From IMG/VR virus record IMGVR_UViG_3300028708_000002, positions 1 to 56,419 of that record: a DNA stretch of 56,419 nt; one strand, given 5' to 3'. The notes beneath the pieces were generated by a model. The model made no database searches and was not told the DNA's origin. It worked only from the letters and a program-made list of their open reading frames with translations. Positions 53,406-56,419 of this stretch are shown piece by piece. Made by a program: the position numbers and the translations under genes. Source of the DNA: a virus (Duplodnaviria; Caudoviricetes). Position 1 is the stretch's first letter; the number at the start of each line of letters is the position of its first letter.

Positions 53406-55851
53406 AAGGGTCGACCGGCGTCCCGCCGACCCGCAGCGACCATCCATTGCGGAGCTTCAGCCCAACCCTCACCCATATCTTCTCCCGACCGTCCTCAGAG
53501 GACTCCCCCACGCGGAGCCGTACCCGGTCCAGCCCTCGCTTGCTCAGCTGTCGGCCGAACATCTGCGCCGTCTCGGGACGACTGCCGTTGTCTGTGCACC
53601 ACTCCTTGTACGCCTGGTAGATATCCGCAGCGCGTACCGCAGCCTCGGCCTCGGTTACACAGGCCTCCTTGAGGAATCCGTCCAGGTCCGATAGCTCCTC
53701 GCGGGTCTGTAGAGTGGCCTCAACGATCGCCGCAGGCACGTCCAGGAGCTTCTCCTGGCAGTACATCCTCCAGCCCTCCACGAGCCAGGAGAGGATGGCA
53801 GAGGCGCACGCCTCAGAGGCCAGCTGGTCCGGCAGCGTCACGTCCTCCTCAGAAGGGTCAAGAGTCCCGTCCATTCGGATCGTGTAGAGACGCCGGTATA
53901 GCGCCAGGTCTGCCCCGTTGATCGTGGGCGGATCGTTGGAGACGATCCATGGCGTGAACGATGGCTTAGCCACCACCATCTCGTTGGCGAAGTTCAGTCG
54001 CGCCGAGAGGGTGTCGCCGCCGGTGATCCGCTTGATCTCATCCGCGTGCAGGAACCAGTCTGACGATGCCTCGCTGGCGACAATGAAGCGTCGCCTCAGT
54101 AGCCGCACCAGTTGTACGTTCGCCCCCTGATCCTTGGTAGCGCGGAACAGCGACAAGTTGAACGGCGCGGCGTAGTCCCCCAGGACGTACTCCACGGCCT
54201 CTGCGAGAGTGGTCTTGCCCGAGGAGGTCTTGCCCTGTATGAGAAACAGCAGCCGCGCCGAGTTACGCCCGTACATGGAGTAGCCCATTGCCTTCTGTAG
54301 CCAGTGCCGGGTAGGCGCGTCCGGGACCAGGCGTGTGATGAACTTGTCCCATAGCTCCGAGGTCGCACCCTCTACATAGGACGCTGCGGTCACGAGCGTG
54401 ATACGGTCCTCGCGCTCGACTGGGCGGAAGGAGGCCCCATCAGCCTCCAGCTCCAGCACCCCGTTCGGGCACAGCAGCCGCGCCGGATTCGCGTCTAGCT
54501 CCTGGGCCTCCCAGGTCATCCCGCGCATCGACCTAGCCAGGTCCACCATCGCCTTGAGCCGTCCGGCGTTGCCCGAGGAGCGGATCCAGGCGATGAACGC
54601 CGCACGCGCCTTGGGCTCCTCGATGAACTCTGCTTCGCGCTCCATGCTACGCACCATTTCAAAGGCCCACCGCTGAACCTGGCCGGAGCGGTCCAGCACC
54701 CAGCGCCCCCGCTCCCAGATGTGCCATCCTCCGAGGCCATCGACGTAGCGGATGTCGTCGCCTACCCAGTTCACGAGCCGCTGCGCGTTCCCGATGTCAT
54801 CGCGTGCGTAGTCGAACGCTCCCGACCCAGTGCGCGCCGCCCGGGTAGGGCTCCACTCCGACGTCAACAGCTCACAGGGGTCATCCTCGGCCACGTCCCC
54901 CTCGGCGGAGACCTTCTGGACTCCCCGGATGAGCATCCGTGCCCACTCGCCACGCGCCTGTCGCTCACCACGCCGCCCCTTGACTGCCTCCAGGAACGTG
55001 TTGCGGAGCTTCCCCAGTCCCGAGAGGACTCCCCCGTGTCCGGCAGCCGCATCGCCGATCAGGGCCCACGCCCCGTTACGTGCTACGTCGTGCGCGCCGC
55101 CGTCATCTCCAGCCTCCCGTACCTGCCGCTGGTACTGGGCGAGCGTCCGCGACATCACGGCACAGGCCTCGCCGGAGCCCCGGTCCGCGAGCCAGGCGCG
55201 GATGTCGTCCTGGGATAGCTCCTCGGTCGCCCGAGCCGCCCAGGTCTTCCCGGAGGTCAACCCCTCCACCCATGAGGATGGCAACTCAGGTAGATCGGAG
55301 GGCTCCGGGACCTCGTCAGCGACCCACTGGCCGTCCGGCCGTCCCCAGACGTACTGCGCGCCGTTCGGATGCATCGAGGGGCACACGACGGCATAGCGAT
55401 GGTCCCAGCGGATCAGGTCCACTCCGCCACCGTGGAACTTCCGCAGGCTCTCTGGCCACGAGAGCCCTTCGGGGACGCGGTACAGCCGGATACCGCTACC
55501 CGTACCCGGTCGGGACGTAGCGACCCACGTAGCGGGCAGCGCGCCCCATGCCTTCTCCGCCGCAGCGAGCGTCTTGCTCCCCGCCCGGTCGTCATAGGCG
55601 TCCACGTCGATCCCCAGCACGCCACGAGGTAGCCGGAGGGCAACGTTGCCGCACGGGAACGACACCTTGCCGTCGCCAACCTGATACCGGGCGCGAGGCT
55701 TCGCCCACTCACGGGACTGGATGTCCCCTACCCAGACGCCATCGGCTCCTGTGTAACCGTCTGGGGGCGGGTGCTTGTCGCCGGTAGGCAGAGGGATAGG
55801 GCTCCAACCAAAGCCAGCGTAGTCAACAGCTGCCAGTTGGTACGGGGTCAT
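53389..55851 (-). CDS. Bifunctional prim-pol / D5-like SF3 helicase (P4-family primase)
   Basis: N-terminal IDVD prim-pol domain, DIGNAQRL, CPNGVL, GKTSSGKT Walker A, IKRITGGD and C-terminal wHTH. Confidence 0.92.
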   Translation of the reverse strand: MTPYQLAAVDYAGFGWSPIPLPTGDKHPPPDGYTGADGVWVGDIQSREWAKPRARYQVGDGKVSFPCGNVALRLPRGVLGIDVDAYDDRAGSKTLAAAEKAWGALPATWVATSRPGTGSGIRLYRVPEGLSWPESLRKFHGGGVDLIRWDHRYAVVCPSMHPNGAQYVWGRPDGQWVADEVPEPSDLPELPSSWVEGLTSGKTWAARATEELSQDDIRAWLADRGSGEACAVMSRTLAQYQRQVREAGDDGGAHDVARNGAWALIGDAAAGHGGVLSGLGKLRNTFLEAVKGRRGERQARGEWARMLIRGVQKVSAEGDVAEDDPCELLTSEWSPTRAARTGSGAFDYARDDIGNAQRLVNWVGDDIRYVDGLGGWHIWERGRWVLDRSGQVQRWAFEMVRSMEREAEFIEEPKARAAFIAWIRSSGNAGRLKAMVDLARSMRGMTWEAQELDANPARLLCPNGVLELEADGASFRPVEREDRITLVTAASYVEGATSELWDKFITRLVPDAPTRHWLQKAMGYSMYGRNSARLLFLIQGKTSSGKTTLAEAVEYVLGDYAAPFNLSLFRATKDQGANVQLVRLLRRRFIVASEASSDWFLHADEIKRITGGDTLSARLNFANEMVVAKPSFTPWIVSNDPPTINGADLALYRRLYTIRMDGTLDPSEEDVTLPDQLASEACASAILSWLVEGWRMYCQEKLLDVPAAIVEATLQTREELSDLDGFLKEACVTEAEAAVRAADIYQAYKEWCTDNGSRPETAQMFGRQLSKRGLDRVRLRVGESSEDGREKIWVRVGLKLRNGWSLRVGGTPVDPSDMGP

Positions 55852-56024
55852 ACGGCGTCCTCTAGCTCATCGAGGTACTTGTCCAGCGCCTCACGCATGA
55901 TGCCGCTCATCGGGACGCCGTACCGTCTCGATGCCCGGCGTAACCGCTCCTTTGTGTCCTCAGGTAGGTGGAAGTCAAAGGCAGGGCCGATCTTTGGCCT
56001 GCCAATCTGGGGCAGCGTTTCCAT
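55848..56024 (-). CDS. Ribbon-helix-helix DNA-binding protein (58 aa, not in ORF track)
   Basis: GRPKIG.AFDFHLPEDTKERL...S...GVPMSGIMREALDKYL; GGAGG SD; ATGA-coupled to the primase. Confidence 0.8.
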   Translation of the reverse strand: METLPQIGRPKIGPAFDFHLPEDTKERLRRASRRYGVPMSGIMREALDKYLDELEDAV

Positions 56025-56050
56025 CTATTTCCTCCCGTGGAATAGGGAGG

Positions 56051-56419
56051 CTACGTTACCCGATGCGCGCCGAGGATCTCTTTGGCTCGACGGAGCCAGG
56101 TTAGGTTGTGCTTCAAGGCATCCCGCGCATGCGGCTGTCCGGTCAGGGAGGCGTAGTAACCCCACGCCCGGAGCCGGTCGTCAGTGATAGCCATAGCTAG
56201 CGCGGGCATCTGCTTGATGACGGGGCGGACAGGACCACCCTTGTACTTGCGGGAGATCCGTCGCATCTCATACTCAAACGCCGAGGTCACCTTGACCGGC
56301 GAGAGGTCGACTGCCATCTGGCGGAGGTAGAAGTCCTCGCAGACGACCTTGGCTGAGGGCCAGGACAGCACAAGCTCGATCATCTGGTCCACCTGGCTCT
56401 CCCAGGGACCCACGAACTC
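56051..56419 (-). CDS. RuvC-like resolvase, C-terminal part
   Basis: VVCEDF, TDDRL..WG and HARDA; in frame with 1-276 across the junction. Confidence 0.75.
   Translation of the reverse strand, partial: EFVGPWESQVDQMIELVLSWPSAKVVCEDFYLRQMAVDLSPVKVTSAFEYEMRRISRKYKGGPVRPVIKQMPALAMAITDDRLRAWGYYASLTGQPHARDALKHNLTWLRRAKEILGAHRVT
56282..56419. repeat. Terminal direct repeat, right copy
   Basis: Matches 1-138. Confidence 0.95.

Larger units (their letters stand above)
1..56419 (-). mobile_element. Complete tailed actinobacteriophage genome (siphovirus-like), circularly permuted
   Basis: Terminase, portal, capsid, tail, tape measure, lysis and replication modules are all present; the ends overlap; no host genes seen. 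Confidence 0.95.

Noticed and set aside
1-56419. tRNA genes, reverse transcriptase/DGR, alternative genetic code
   Set aside because: No cloverleaf or RT motifs seen; genes are intact and end normally at TAG, TGA or TAA.

Overview
The window is a complete, circularly permuted ~56.3 kb siphovirus-type actinobacteriophage genome. It has 138 bp of end overlap that splits a RuvC-like gene, and every credible gene lies on the minus strand. Modules in transcription order: resolvase, RHH regulator and prim-pol/SF3 helicase; a putative AT-rich origin; small accessory genes plus a MazG-like gene; terminases, portal, a MuF-metallopeptidase fusion with a small partner gene, head and tail genes; GH25 endolysin and holin; a 19.3-24.4 kb cluster of individually promoted accessory genes; SNF2 helicase, Cas4-like exonuclease, Sak4-like ATPase, SSB and a BldC-like regulator; a nucleotide-modification-like operon (FAD oxidoreductase, HAD, SDR, Nmad1, UDG); a DnaE split into two genes; and an atypical ThyX. 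I saw no integrase, repressor, tRNA or lysin B, which suggests a lytic phage of a non-mycolate, probably filamentous actinomycete (inference). The most novel candidate is a ~125-nt small RNA just after the holin, with its own promoter and terminator. It carries two modules antisense to a conserved leader (GCGAGA loop plus AAGGGAAC ribosome-binding site) found before 6-10 phage genes, which suggests a multi-target antisense regulon. All family calls come from motif recognition by eye, not database searches.
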